A stretch of 64,000 nt of DNA from Candidatus Tayloriibacteriota bacterium (GCA_031384385.1 JANNAN010000017.1:3020-67019); one strand, 5' to 3'; positions 36,623 to 46,256 are shown, counted from the stretch's first letter. Numbers and translations are program-made. Notes: generated by a model from the sequence alone, not told the origin.

Positions 36623-37177
36623 ATGGAAAATAAAGAACTTAAAAATATAGCTTTCATAGACGGACAAAACCTGTATATGAATACTGCCAAAAAGGAAAAG
36701 AATTCTTGGCTCATCGACCTTGCCCGTTTTCACGTTTATTTACAGAAGAAATATAATGTCGATAAGGCATACTACCACCTCGGTTACGTGCAGCCTGAGA
36801 ACAATGACCTTTATGAAGAAATTCAAAAGACTGGATTCATCCTACTTTTCCGTTTACACAATCCTGCCATGGTCGGTAAAAAGAAAGGCAATGTAGATTC
36901 GGACATCATCTTCAATGTTATGAAGAGGCTCTACAAAAAGGAGGAATTTGATAAAGTCGTGCTTGTTTCAGGTGATGGAGACTACAAGCTACTGGTTGAT
37001 TTTCTTATTGAAGAAAATAGATTTGAAAAAATACTCTTTCCAGATAGGCAGTACAGATCATCTCTCTACAAAGAACTCACTAACCTATACTTTGCATATT
37101 TGGATGATGAGGATATAAAAAGCAAAATTATCAAAATTAAAGAAGAGGATTCGGATAAAAAGAAAAGGGTGCCTTAG
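36623..37177 (+). CDS. NYN-domain (LabA-like) predicted RNase
   Basis: AFIDGQNL, VDSDI and LVSGDGDY acidic motifs typical of the NYN/PIN-like fold. Confidence 0.6.
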   Translation: MENKELKNIAFIDGQNLYMNTAKKEKNSWLIDLARFHVYLQKKYNVDKAYYHLGYVQPENNDLYEEIQKTGFILLFRLHNPAMVGKKKGNVDSDIIFNVMKRLYKKEEFDKVVLVSGDGDYKLLVDFLIEENRFEKILFPDRQYRSSLYKELTNLYFAYLDDEDIKSKIIKIKEEDSDKKKRVP

Positions 37178-37520
37178 GTAGTTAGCCGTTTGGACCCCTT
37201 TTCGTCTGAATACCTATATCTTAGCATGGAGGTTCTCGAAAAGTCAATCGCCAAAATAACCTTATCACGTCTTCACTATCCTGAACCAATTGAGATCAGA
37301 TATGCTCATAAGTGAGGTTCTAACATCGTCCAAGCCCGGTAGCCAAGTTGAATGTTTCAAAACTAGCGTCTGCGGATGCTGTTTTATTCGAAAGCAAAAC
37401 AATTTATAGTTAAAATAATTCTAAGTATATTTTTTAAACTAGTCGGGCACTCCGTACTTTGTCTTCTTGTATGTAAAGTCGTCTTTACATACTGTATTCT
37501 TATATGTATAATCAAAGCTT

Positions 37521-37733
37521 ATGCAAGAGAAAATAAAAAATGATGTAAGTAAATATAGAATAGAGGTAGGTGTGACACAAGAGGATCTTGCATCCAAGGT
37601 CAGTGTGAGTAGGCAGACTATCATTGCCTTGGAGAAGGGAAACTATACACCTTCAATTTTACTAGCTCTTAAAATCGCTGGTTTCTTCAAGATGCCTGTC
37701 GAGAAAATATTTAAAATTTCTTATGAAAAATAA
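37521..37733 (+). CDS. XRE-family helix-turn-helix transcriptional regulator
   Basis: VGVTQEDLASKVSVSRQTIIALEKG is an HTH_3 motif. Confidence 0.7.
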   Translation: MQEKIKNDVSKYRIEVGVTQEDLASKVSVSRQTIIALEKGNYTPSILLALKIAGFFKMPVEKIFKISYEK

Positions 37734-38085
37734 TCTAAAAGAATCTATTGTTACTGTTGGCCTTGTCATCACAGCGGTATTACTTTTGAATCCATTTCAT
37801 TTTTGGATGCCGGATATGATGGTGATGAGCATGCTCGCTATAATTCTCGTTCTTTTCGCTATATTTGCAAGTTTTATTCTTAGAGAAAAAACTATTGATG
37901 AAAGAGATACTCAGCATCGAACACTTGCTGGTCGGAATGCTTTTCTGGCAGGATCTGCAGTACTCATCCTTGGTATCCTTGTTCAGGGATATTCACATAA
38001 AGTTGATGAATGGTTGATAGTCGCTCTTATATTCATGATAGTAGCTAAAATAGGTACTCGTATTTGGAGTGACAGAAATCTTTAA
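37723..38085 (+). CDS. Small membrane protein co-encoded with the XRE regulator
   Basis: Three TM helices. Overlaps the XRE gene stop. Confidence 0.4.
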   Translation: MKNNLKESIVTVGLVITAVLLLNPFHFWMPDMMVMSMLAIILVLFAIFASFILREKTIDERDTQHRTLAGRNAFLAGSAVLILGILVQGYSHKVDEWLIVALIFMIVAKIGTRIWSDRNL

Positions 38086-38169
38086 AATCTGATGTAAAGT
38101 ATACTTTACATTTATTTTGTTTCATATATAATAGTATGTATATAAGTAATTAATAAATAACAATATTTT

Positions 38170-38736
38170 ATGAATAAAAAAATAGGAATTATTATTGGGG
38201 TTATAGCATTAGTAATAATAGCTGGAGGAATTTATGCATCTCAGAATTCAAAAGAAAATGCAATGATGGCTAAAGAAAAAATGGAACAGGCGGGTGTGGT
38301 AGATCCAAATATGTCTGCAGAAAAGGCTATGATGGAGAAAAAGGTTATGGAAGAAAAAAGTGTAATGATGAAAGCTGACACTACAAAAACCGACACAATA
38401 ATAAAGGCAGATAGTATGATGAAGGTTGGTTCATACGAAGCTTATACACCAGAAAAAGTAGCTCTTGCTTCCGCTACTCATCATGTAGTTCTATTTTTCA
38501 GAGCAAGTTGGTGTCCGACATGTATTTCTCTTGATAAAGATATAAAATCAAATCTTAGTAAGATTCCTTCTGACTTATCAATTCTAGATATTAACTATGA
38601 CAATTCATCCGAACTAAAGAAAAAATATGGTGTAACATATCAACATACATTTGTACAAGTTGATAAAGATGGAAACTTAATCAAAAAGTGGAGTGGTAGT
38701 CCAACTCTCACTGTACTCGTAGGAGAAGTAAAATAA
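38170..38736 (+). CDS. Thioredoxin-fold protein (membrane-anchored, WCPTC)
   Basis: N-terminal TM helix. FFRASWCPTC active-site motif. Confidence 0.6.
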   Translation: MNKKIGIIIGVIALVIIAGGIYASQNSKENAMMAKEKMEQAGVVDPNMSAEKAMMEKKVMEEKSVMMKADTTKTDTIIKADSMMKVGSYEAYTPEKVALASATHHVVLFFRASWCPTCISLDKDIKSNLSKIPSDLSILDINYDNSSELKKKYGVTYQHTFVQVDKDGNLIKKWSGSPTLTVLVGEVK

Positions 38737-38737
38737 T

Positions 38738-40534
38738 ATGTTGCTCCTCCTGATCTCATTTATCGCTGGAGTATTGACGGTGCTTGCACCATGTATTCTT
38801 CCACTTCTTCCTGTAATTATCGGAGGATCACTTTCTGATGGTGGGACAGGAGGATTTAATAAAAAGAAAGCTTTCACTATTATTGTATCTCTCGGTGTAT
38901 CGGTTATTGTTTTTACGCTTCTTTTGAAAGCAAGTACACTTTTTATTGATATACCAGAATATGTTTGGAAGTGGATTTCAGGTGGCATCGTCTTATTTTT
39001 AGGTCTTGTTACTCTTTTTCCATCTCTTTGGGAAAGTTCACTACTAGCAAAACTTAGTTCAAAATCAAATGTTCTCATGGGTAAGGGTTATCAGAAAAAG
39101 AATTTTTGGGGCGATGTAATTATTGGGGCATCTCTCGGTCCTGTATTCTCAACATGTAGTCCTACTTATTTTATTGTCCTAGCAACAGTATTACCTGTAA
39201 ATCCTGCTATTGGCATAGTCTATCTCCTGTCTTATACCATAGGACTATGTCTCTCATTGCTCATTGTATCTATTGTTGGTCAAAAAATAATGAATAAGCT
39301 TGGCGTCGCAGCAGACCCGAAAGGCTGGTTCAAGAAAACCTTAGGAATTATATTTATTATTGTTGGTATAGCGGTCATCGGTGGATTTGATAAAAAGACC
39401 CAGCTATTTTTATTAAATTCAGGATTTTTTGATGTAACAAAAATTGAGCAAAAGCTTTTAGAAAAAAATAATGCTCCGGTTTTTATCCCATCAAGTATTT
39501 CATCAACTACCTTACAGATTGATTCACAAATGCAAAATGAATCGACAACTGAAAAAACAATTATGAAAAAAAGTGAAATGGTATATCTAAGTCAGGAGCA
39601 AAAACAGGCGAAGTTTAAAAAAGTTCCAGAACTCAGTTCTATTGATGGATATATAAACACTGATGGAAAAAGGATAACCCTTGACTCACTAAAAGGTAAG
39701 GTTGTGCTGTTAGATATATGGACATACAGCTGTATCAATTGTCAGCGAACATTGCCTTATATAAATGATTGGTATGGAAAATACAAAGAGCAGGGACTTG
39801 AGATCGTTGGTCTTCATACGCCAGAGTTTGCATTTGAAAGAGTAATATCAAATGTTGAAAAGGCAGTAGAAAAATTTGGTATCAAGTATCCCGTTGTCTT
39901 GGATAATGATTATTCAACATGGCAAGCGTTAGGTAATCAATTTTGGCCAAGAAAATATCTTATTGATATTGATGGATATATTGTTTATGACCATATTGGT
40001 GAAGGAAATTATGAAGAAACAGAAAAAGCTATTCAAGAAGCTCTAAAGGAGCGTTCTTCTCGAATGGGTATGCAGGATAAAATATCTGAAAGTATTTCAA
40101 AACCTAACAATGTTGTGTCTGTAGATTCACACCAAGTCAAAAGTCCAGAAACCTACTTCGGCTCTGCACGAAATAGTCTACTCACGAATGGGAAAAGTGG
40201 GATAACTGGAGAGCAGACACTTTCTGTACCATTGGGCATCTCTCCAAACAGATTGTATCTTGATGGTACATGGAATATGACATCTGAATATGCTGAAAAT
40301 AAAAGTGTTGGAAGTATAGTTTTTAACTATGAAGCAAAAAATGTCTATATTACTGGAGGCTCGAAGGAGGGTATTGAGATTGAAATCTATAAAGATGATG
40401 TATTTTTAAAGAAAATAATGATCAAAGATGAAACACTATATACTCTTATTCAAGATGCAGAGTATGGAAAACACGATCTTCGAATTGTAATACCAAAAGC
40501 TGGACTACAAGCATTCACTTTTACATTCGGTTAG
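38738..40534 (+). CDS. Fusion protein with an N-terminal CcdA/DsbD-type thiol-disulfide transporter domain and a redoxin/TlpA domain (SCINC), plus a C-terminal beta-rich domain
   Basis: N-terminal multi-TM region with LAPCILPLLP (a CcdA hallmark). DIWTYSCINCQRTLP redoxin motif. Confidence 0.6.
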   Translation: MLLLLISFIAGVLTVLAPCILPLLPVIIGGSLSDGGTGGFNKKKAFTIIVSLGVSVIVFTLLLKASTLFIDIPEYVWKWISGGIVLFLGLVTLFPSLWESSLLAKLSSKSNVLMGKGYQKKNFWGDVIIGASLGPVFSTCSPTYFIVLATVLPVNPAIGIVYLLSYTIGLCLSLLIVSIVGQKIMNKLGVAADPKGWFKKTLGIIFIIVGIAVIGGFDKKTQLFLLNSGFFDVTKIEQKLLEKNNAPVFIPSSISSTTLQIDSQMQNESTTEKTIMKKSEMVYLSQEQKQAKFKKVPELSSIDGYINTDGKRITLDSLKGKVVLLDIWTYSCINCQRTLPYINDWYGKYKEQGLEIVGLHTPEFAFERVISNVEKAVEKFGIKYPVVLDNDYSTWQALGNQFWPRKYLIDIDGYIVYDHIGEGNYEETEKAIQEALKERSSRMGMQDKISESISKPNNVVSVDSHQVKSPETYFGSARNSLLTNGKSGITGEQTLSVPLGISPNRLYLDGTWNMTSEYAENKSVGSIVFNYEAKNVYITGGSKEGIEIEIYKDDVFLKKIMIKDETLYTLIQDAEYGKHDLRIVIPKAGLQAFTFTFG

Positions 40535-40626
40535 AAAATATTGAAATACAATCTAATGATTGAACTAAGGCTATGTTATAGTATTAGTATTGTTTTTAAA
40601 TTTAATTTAAATAGATAAACTATAAT

Positions 40627-40995
40627 ATGAAAAAATACAAAATAATTTTTTGGGTAACTACGGGTATTATATTTTTAATGGAAGGTGTACTACCTGCTTT
40701 TACTTCGCAAAGTAAAATGGCAATTGAGGGAATTACTAGTTTAGGTTATCCAGTATATTTTAGTGGTATGCTGACCGTATTTAAAGTATTTGGATCATTA
40801 TCATTAATAATTCCGCAAATATCATCTCGCATAAAAGAGTGGGCATATGCAGGTTTTGGAATTGATTTTATTTCAGCATTTGTGAGTATTTGGATTGTTG
40901 CTGGTTTTAGAATAATGTTAATTCTCCCTGTTATTTTTATGATCTTGCTTGTGCTTTCATACATCTCTTATCATAAAATAAAAATGATAAATTAA
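40627..40995 (+). CDS. DoxX-like small membrane protein
   Basis: Four TM helices. Position in the redox cluster. Confidence 0.35.
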   Translation: MKKYKIIFWVTTGIIFLMEGVLPAFTSQSKMAIEGITSLGYPVYFSGMLTVFKVFGSLSLIIPQISSRIKEWAYAGFGIDFISAFVSIWIVAGFRIMLILPVIFMILLVLSYISYHKIKMIN

Positions 40996-40997
40996 AT

Positions 40998-41354
40998 ATG
41001 AATTCTCTCACTCCTGAAGAAAAAAGAATAATAATCAATAAAGGTACAGAAGCTCCATTTTCTGGTGAATATGTTAATAATAAAGAAACTGGAATTTATG
41101 TTTGTAGACAATGCGAAGCGCCACTTTATAATTCAAAAGATAAATTTGAATCTGATTGCGGTTGGCCAAGTTTCGATGATGAGATAGAAGGTTCTGTTAA
41201 AAAAAGTATTGATGCTGATGCTCAGAGAACAGAAATAACTTGTGTTAAATGTGGAGGACATTTGGGCCACTTATTTTTTGGAGAAAATTTAACTCCTAAA
41301 AATACTAGATATTGTGTTAATTCTATATCAATGAAATTTATACCAGGGAAATAA
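40998..41354 (+). CDS. msrB: Peptide-methionine (R)-S-oxide reductase MsrB
   Basis: CxxC...CxxC zinc sites ([20 protein letters not shown]) and the catalytic RYCVNS. Confidence 0.85.
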   Translation: MNSLTPEEKRIIINKGTEAPFSGEYVNNKETGIYVCRQCEAPLYNSKDKFESDCGWPSFDDEIEGSVKKSIDADAQRTEITCVKCGGHLGHLFFGENLTPKNTRYCVNSISMKFIPGK

Positions 41355-41355
41355 T

Positions 41356-41844
41356 ATGATAAAGAAAATAATATTAGCAGGTGGTTGTTTTTGGGGATTA
41401 CAAAATTTAATCAGAAAACAAAAAGGAATTATAAATACTCGAGTTGGTTATACTGGTGGTAAAAATGAAAATCCGACCTATGAAAATCATCCGGGGCATG
41501 CTGAAGCGATAGAAATTGAATATGATTTAGAAAAAACTTCTTATAAAAATTTATTAGATTTTTTCTTTCAAATTCATAATCCCACTACCATCAATCAACA
41601 AGGCAATGATATTGGTACTTCTTATAGATCTGCAATTTTTTATTCTAATGAAGAAGAAAGAAAAGAGGCAAATGATTTTATTAAAATTGTAAATAAATCT
41701 GATCGCTGGAAAAATCCTGTAGTTACGACGATTGAGCCATTTATTAAATTTTATCTTGCAGAAGATTATCATCAAAATTATCTACAAAAAAATCCAAATG
41801 GATATACATGTCACGCTATATGGTTTGATAGTTATCTAAAGTAG
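41356..41844 (+). CDS. msrA: Peptide-methionine (S)-S-oxide reductase MsrA
   Basis: GGCFWG active site and [10 protein letters not shown]. Confidence 0.85.
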   Translation: MIKKIILAGGCFWGLQNLIRKQKGIINTRVGYTGGKNENPTYENHPGHAEAIEIEYDLEKTSYKNLLDFFFQIHNPTTINQQGNDIGTSYRSAIFYSNEEERKEANDFIKIVNKSDRWKNPVVTTIEPFIKFYLAEDYHQNYLQKNPNGYTCHAIWFDSYLK

Positions 41845-41860
41845 TGTTATTCTCTAATTC

Positions 41861-43321
41861 ATGTCTAAGAACGATACAGTACTAAGTTTTGACGAAGTTT
41901 CATTTGAATATGGTCATAATAAGCCTATTTTACAAGAGGCTTCTCTTTCTATACGCGAAGGTATGAAGGTTACTCTAATGGGTCAAAATGGGGCTGGAAA
42001 GACTACTATATTCGATTTGATTACTAAAGAGTCAGAGCCAGAATCAGGAGATATCCATATTCACAATGGAGTTTCGATTGCTATTGCTCGTCAGGTTATT
42101 GCTCGTGATCAGCTCGATCTTACAATGAAGGAATTTTTTGAAAACTGTTTTAAAGAAAAAATTTATGATATTGATGTGAAAATTGAAGAAGTTTTAGAAA
42201 TTGTAAATTTTCATGCGCCACATAACAGAATAATTCGTTCGTTTTCTGGTGGACAACAAGCCCGTCTTTTACTTGCTTCTGCAATTATTCAAAATCCAGA
42301 TTTGCTTTTACTCGATGAGCCAACAAATAATCTAGATAAAGCTGGCATTGAACATTTAACTATATTTCTTAAAAATTATGAAAAAACTGTAATTGTCATT
42401 TCCCACGATGCCGATTTCTTGAATTCATTTACAGATGGAGTTCTTTATTTAGATATTTATACAAAGAAAATAGAACAATATTTCGGTAATTATTTTGATG
42501 TGAGAGAACAGATACGAATTCGTCTTGAAAAAGAAAATATGAAGAATGCTCAATTGGCAAAAGAAATTCAAGAAAATAAAGATAAGGCAGGATTTTTTGC
42601 AAATAAAGGCGGTCAAATGCGTCTTGTTGCAAAAAGAATGCGTGAAAAAGCAGAAGAACTTGAAGAAGAGATGGTTGATGTTAGAAGAGAGGATAAGACT
42701 ATTCGTCCTTTCGAAATTCCAGCACAACCAGAATTACTTGGCGAAATAATTAAAATAAATTCATATAAAGTAATTAGAAATCATGAGGCAACAAGTCGTA
42801 AGGTTAGTATCTCATTAAAAAGAAATAACCATTTACTTTTAAAAGGACCAAATGGAATTGGTAAAAGTACATTATTACAAACAATTGCAGAAGGTGGTTC
42901 TGGCTCAGTAATTGCATCTGATGTTCGTGTTGGATATTATCGTCAGGATTTCTCAACTTTGAATTTTGAAGATTCAGTATATGAATCTTTGATTGAAGTT
43001 GTAAAAAAAAGAACAAGCCATAATACAGAAGAGGAAATGAGATCTGTAGCTGCAGGATTTCTTATAACTCGTGATGTTATGGATACAAAGATTGGTAGTT
43101 TATCAGAAGGACAAAAAGGTCTTGTTGCATTTGCTAGGCTAGTTCTTGAAAAACCAGGTTTACTTATTCTAGATGAACCGACAAATCATATAAATTTTCG
43201 CCATCTTCCACTCATCGCTGAAGCATTAAATAATTATAAGGGTGCAATGATATTAGTCTCTCATGTTCCAGAATTTGTTGGAAAGATTAGAATTGATGAA
43301 GTTTTGGATTTAGATAAATAA
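41861..43321 (+). CDS. ABC-F family ATPase with two ABC domains and no TM domain
   Basis: Two Walker A sites (GQNGAGKTT, GPNGIGKST), two LSGGQ-like signatures (FSGGQQ, LSEGQK), and a linker between them. Confidence 0.75.
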   Translation: MSKNDTVLSFDEVSFEYGHNKPILQEASLSIREGMKVTLMGQNGAGKTTIFDLITKESEPESGDIHIHNGVSIAIARQVIARDQLDLTMKEFFENCFKEKIYDIDVKIEEVLEIVNFHAPHNRIIRSFSGGQQARLLLASAIIQNPDLLLLDEPTNNLDKAGIEHLTIFLKNYEKTVIVISHDADFLNSFTDGVLYLDIYTKKIEQYFGNYFDVREQIRIRLEKENMKNAQLAKEIQENKDKAGFFANKGGQMRLVAKRMREKAEELEEEMVDVRREDKTIRPFEIPAQPELLGEIIKINSYKVIRNHEATSRKVSISLKRNNHLLLKGPNGIGKSTLLQTIAEGGSGSVIASDVRVGYYRQDFSTLNFEDSVYESLIEVVKKRTSHNTEEEMRSVAAGFLITRDVMDTKIGSLSEGQKGLVAFARLVLEKPGLLILDEPTNHINFRHLPLIAEALNNYKGAMILVSHVPEFVGKIRIDEVLDLDK

Positions 43322-43365
43322 AACGACCTTTGCGCATTAAATTATTTTCTGTATAATGATTATCT

Positions 43366-43500
43366 ATGGCAAAAAGACAAAGTGCGAGTACGAATATGAA
43401 AACTTCTCGTTCTCACAAGACAAAAAAGCGTTTGGCAGTAAAACACGCTCGTCTTAGTGCGAAGAAGGCAAAGAAGGGAGGAAAACGTACAAAGAAATAA
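43366..43500 (+). CDS. rpmH: Small basic protein (44 aa) resembling ribosomal protein bL34
   Basis: MAKRQSASTNMKTSRSHKTKKRLAVKHARLSAKKAKKGGKR versus L34 [38 protein letters not shown]. Followed by a hairpin and T-run. Confidence 0.45.
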   Translation: MAKRQSASTNMKTSRSHKTKKRLAVKHARLSAKKAKKGGKRTKK

Positions 43501-43538
43501 AAACTAGCCACTTGAGATAATCCCTCAGGTGGCGGTTT

Positions 43539-44789
43539 TTATTTATTATTAATATTATTTCCCGCCACAAATCCTGTAGTCCAACAAAGTTGCAGACTAT
43601 AACCTCCAGAAGGTCTATCAATATTTAAAATATCTCCAACCAAATAAAGATTTGGAATTATTTTTGATTGCATCGTTTTAAAATCTACTTCAGTTAAATC
43701 TACACCCCCAGAAGAAACAATAGCCTTATCTGCTCCCAATAAGCCTGAAACATTCATTGGTATACCCTTGATTATTTCTATAAGTTTCAATCTTTGTTCA
43801 CGATTTATACTGTTATTTGGAATGTTCCCATCAATATTGGAAAGTTCTAAAACAATATCAACCAAAGATGATGAGATAAAAGATCCAAGAGAATTCTTTA
43901 TTTTCTTTTTATTATCAAGTAAAAATAATTCCTGAAGTCTTGAATTCATCATTCCATGATCTAGAGAGGGAAGAAGATCAAGCCTGATCTCGACTTCTCC
44001 ATATTTTAGAAGTTCACTAATATCTTTGCTCATATTTAAAACAGTTGGTCCGCTAATTCCAAAATGTGTAAAAAGCAATCTTCCTTTTTTTATTTCTTGT
44101 TTTTGATTATTTTGAAATGTTGTTAATTTTATATCTTGTAGTGTTACTCCGGATAATCCTTTTACCCATTTATCTGAAAGTGTTATAGGTACAAGAGCAT
44201 TTTCTGAAGCTATAACCTTATGACCCAAATCTTTTAGCCAAGAGAAACCATCACCAGTAGAACCAGTTTCTGGTCTAGAAGTACCACCAGTTGCGAGTAT
44301 AAATCTCTTGGCTAAGATTTTTTTATTATCTTTTAATTTAACTAAATTAATTAAATTATTTTCTTTTTCAAAACCAATAACCGTAGCTTCATTCATTATT
44401 TCTACTTTTCCTCTTTTAATATATTCAATTAGAACATTCCAGACTGATTGTGCGCTATCACTTACTGGAAATACACGGTTCTCAGCTTCAATTTTTGTTT
44501 CCATTCCTCTGGAATTAAAAAATTCCAAAGTATCTTTTACACTAAATTGTGAAAAAGCAGAAAAAAGGAATTTGTCACTATCTTTGTATTTATTTAAAAA
44601 TGTACGCACATTAAACTCTGCATTCGTAACATTGCATCTTCCTCCCCCAGTTATTAGGAGTTTTACACCTAAGGTGGAATTTTTTTCAAGAATAATAACT
44701 TTCTTACCAAGCTCAGCTGCACGCCCAGCAGACATTAATCCTGCAGGCCCTCCACCAATTATTGCTATATCATAAATAATTTCATTCAT
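43539..44789 (-). CDS. HI0933-like NAD(P)/FAD-dependent oxidoreductase (aminoacetone-oxidase / BaiN-like flavoprotein)
   Basis: N-terminus DIAIIGGGPAGLMSAG with a dinucleotide-binding fold. GGGRCNVTN motif. Confidence 0.7.
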   Translation of the reverse strand: MNEIIYDIAIIGGGPAGLMSAGRAAELGKKVIILEKNSTLGVKLLITGGGRCNVTNAEFNVRTFLNKYKDSDKFLFSAFSQFSVKDTLEFFNSRGMETKIEAENRVFPVSDSAQSVWNVLIEYIKRGKVEIMNEATVIGFEKENNLINLVKLKDNKKILAKRFILATGGTSRPETGSTGDGFSWLKDLGHKVIASENALVPITLSDKWVKGLSGVTLQDIKLTTFQNNQKQEIKKGRLLFTHFGISGPTVLNMSKDISELLKYGEVEIRLDLLPSLDHGMMNSRLQELFLLDNKKKIKNSLGSFISSSLVDIVLELSNIDGNIPNNSINREQRLKLIEIIKGIPMNVSGLLGADKAIVSSGGVDLTEVDFKTMQSKIIPNLYLVGDILNIDRPSGGYSLQLCWTTGFVAGNNINNK

Positions 44790-44962
44790 ATACTAAATTT
44801 CTTGCTGTTCTTTATATGGTATCACAATGCTTATAAATATGACTAACTTCAGATACATATAACTAACCTCACATACATATTGCATTAAAATATATTTAAA
44901 TATATAATCTAAAGGTGTGAGTACTAAATAAAGCATTTTGCTTAGTTGTTAGTACAATCCAA

Positions 44963-44990
44963 AATAAAATGTCTACATAAGGTCCTGCCT
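44963..44990 (+). terminator. Orphan Rho-independent terminator on the + strand with no upstream + gene
   Basis: TCCTGC-ctcg-GCAGGA then TTTTGTGTTTTT. Confidence 0.5.
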
Positions 44991-45015
44991 CGGCAGGATT
45001 TTGTGTTTTTAAATA

Positions 45016-45060
45016 TTAAATTTTGCAAAATAAAAACCGCAATGATGAATCATCGCGGAG
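45016..45060 (-). terminator. Terminator for the minus-strand gene 45089-45427
   Basis: On the minus strand: CCGCGATGA-ttc-ATCATTGCGG followed by TTTTT. Confidence 0.55.
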
Positions 45061-45088
45061 AAAGGGTAACCTTTCATTGGTTGAGGGT

Positions 45089-45427
45089 TTAGCCATGAAT
45101 AGCAGATTCAAGCGCCCCGGCGAAGACTCCAGTGTGGAATCCTTGAGCACTTTGATGAGCTTGACGGATGATAATCTCAGCCTCGCGAGATTTGGCATGG
45201 ATCATGCGAGAACCATTTTCCGTGATGATTCCCTCGACATCTTTCAGTGAATATTTCCTGATCTCGACTTCGTTAGAAGTCTGTGGTTCCGGTATGATAA
45301 ACACCTCGATGTGAGAATGTTTGTTGAAGAAGTCCAACACGCTTTGTAAGGCGTCGTTGTTTTTTTGTTTGACATATTCAACATAAGTATTCAAAACCGA
45401 ATAGGGTACTATTTTGTGGGCACTCAT
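45089..45427 (-). CDS. Hypothetical protein (112 aa) with GC-rich, foreign-looking composition
   Basis: Intact ORF at about 45% GC versus about 32% for neighbouring genes. No recognisable domain. Confidence 0.4.
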   Translation of the reverse strand: MSAHKIVPYSVLNTYVEYVKQKNNDALQSVLDFFNKHSHIEVFIIPEPQTSNEVEIRKYSLKDVEGIITENGSRMIHAKSREAEIIIRQAHQSAQGFHTGVFAGALESAIHG

Positions 45428-45587
45428 TTAATTTATTCCTCTGTATTTTACTACTGTATTTTTTGTTTGACTGCATCTTTCAGGGCACTTCCTCGGTGCA
45501 CTGAATAATACAATCAAAAACAGTATTTTGAAGATCAGTTTATCTTGATATATCGTAACATATATACCCACTGATGTCAACGAAAAA

Positions 45588-46256
45588 TTAATTATCAACT
45601 ATATATCCTCGTCCTGGAATATTTCTTATCATTTCATCTTCATTTTGAATATTGATCTTTTTTCTTAAATTTACAATATGAGACTCTACAGTATTTGAAA
45701 ATGGATCACTTTCTGCATTCCATACATGCTCCATAATTATTCCACGAGACAAAACCATACCTTTGTTTTTTAATAAATACTCAAGAAGATTATATTCTGT
45801 GCGTGTTAAATATATTGGAATATTTCCGCGAGAAACTACTTGTTTTTTTGTATCTAAAACTAAATTTCTACAATACAATAAAGAGCTTTCGATTTTCTTG
45901 GGTCGCCTTTGTAATGCTTTTATTCGAGCATTTAATTCTTCAAATGAAAAAGGTTTGGTTAGATAATCATCAGCACCAGCTTCGAGACAAGCAATTTTGT
46001 GTTGGGTACTGTGATTCATACTTAGAAATATTATAGGAGAATTTGAGCCAGATGATCGTATTTCTGTACAAACAGTGAAGCCATTTTTTTCTGGTAGAGA
46101 ATAATCAAGAACAATAATATCATAAGCATTTGTCCTTGCCATATAAGAACCATCAGCACCATTTGTAGAAGTATCTACAGTATGTGAAATATTTATAAAA
46201 CTATTTTTTAAAAAATCTAAAATTTCTGAATCATCTTCAATTATTAAAATTTTCAT
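45588..46256 (-). CDS. OmpR/PhoB-family response regulator (REC plus winged-helix). Orphan: no histidine kinase nearby.
   Basis: MKILIIEDD...DIIVLDYSLPEKNGF receiver. C-terminal RTEYNLLEYLLKNKGMVLSRGIIMEHVW winged helix. Start set at the internal Met, so the long N-terminal extension in the ORF track is rejected. Confidence 0.75.
   Translation of the reverse strand: MKILIIEDDSEILDFLKNSFINISHTVDTSTNGADGSYMARTNAYDIIVLDYSLPEKNGFTVCTEIRSSGSNSPIIFLSMNHSTQHKIACLEAGADDYLTKPFSFEELNARIKALQRRPKKIESSLLYCRNLVLDTKKQVVSRGNIPIYLTRTEYNLLEYLLKNKGMVLSRGIIMEHVWNAESDPFSNTVESHIVNLRKKINIQNEDEMIRNIPGRGYIVDN

Larger units (their letters stand above)
27461..37200. mobile_element. Putative tRNA-Gln-associated integrative element. 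It carries a serine recombinase, a giant repeat-SNF2-MTase protein and small accessory genes. The right boundary is uncertain.
   Basis: The recombinase 3' end overlaps the tRNA. The flanking DNA is GC-rich and structured. Genes at 35.8-37.2 kb have shifted GC and codon composition. Related tRNA-trailer motifs occur elsewhere in the window. Confidence 0.35.

Noticed and set aside
37190-37520. A 330-bp non-coding gap considered for SRP RNA, tmRNA or 6S RNA
   Set aside because: No hallmark motifs (SRP domain IV, tmRNA tRNA-like ends) were recognised. It is left unannotated.
45763-46036. Plus-strand ORFs antisense to the response regulator, and the long N-terminal extension (46257-46388) of the regulator ORF
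   Set aside because: The extension is AT-rich intergenic sequence with no homology. Internal Met MKILIIEDD is the canonical REC start.
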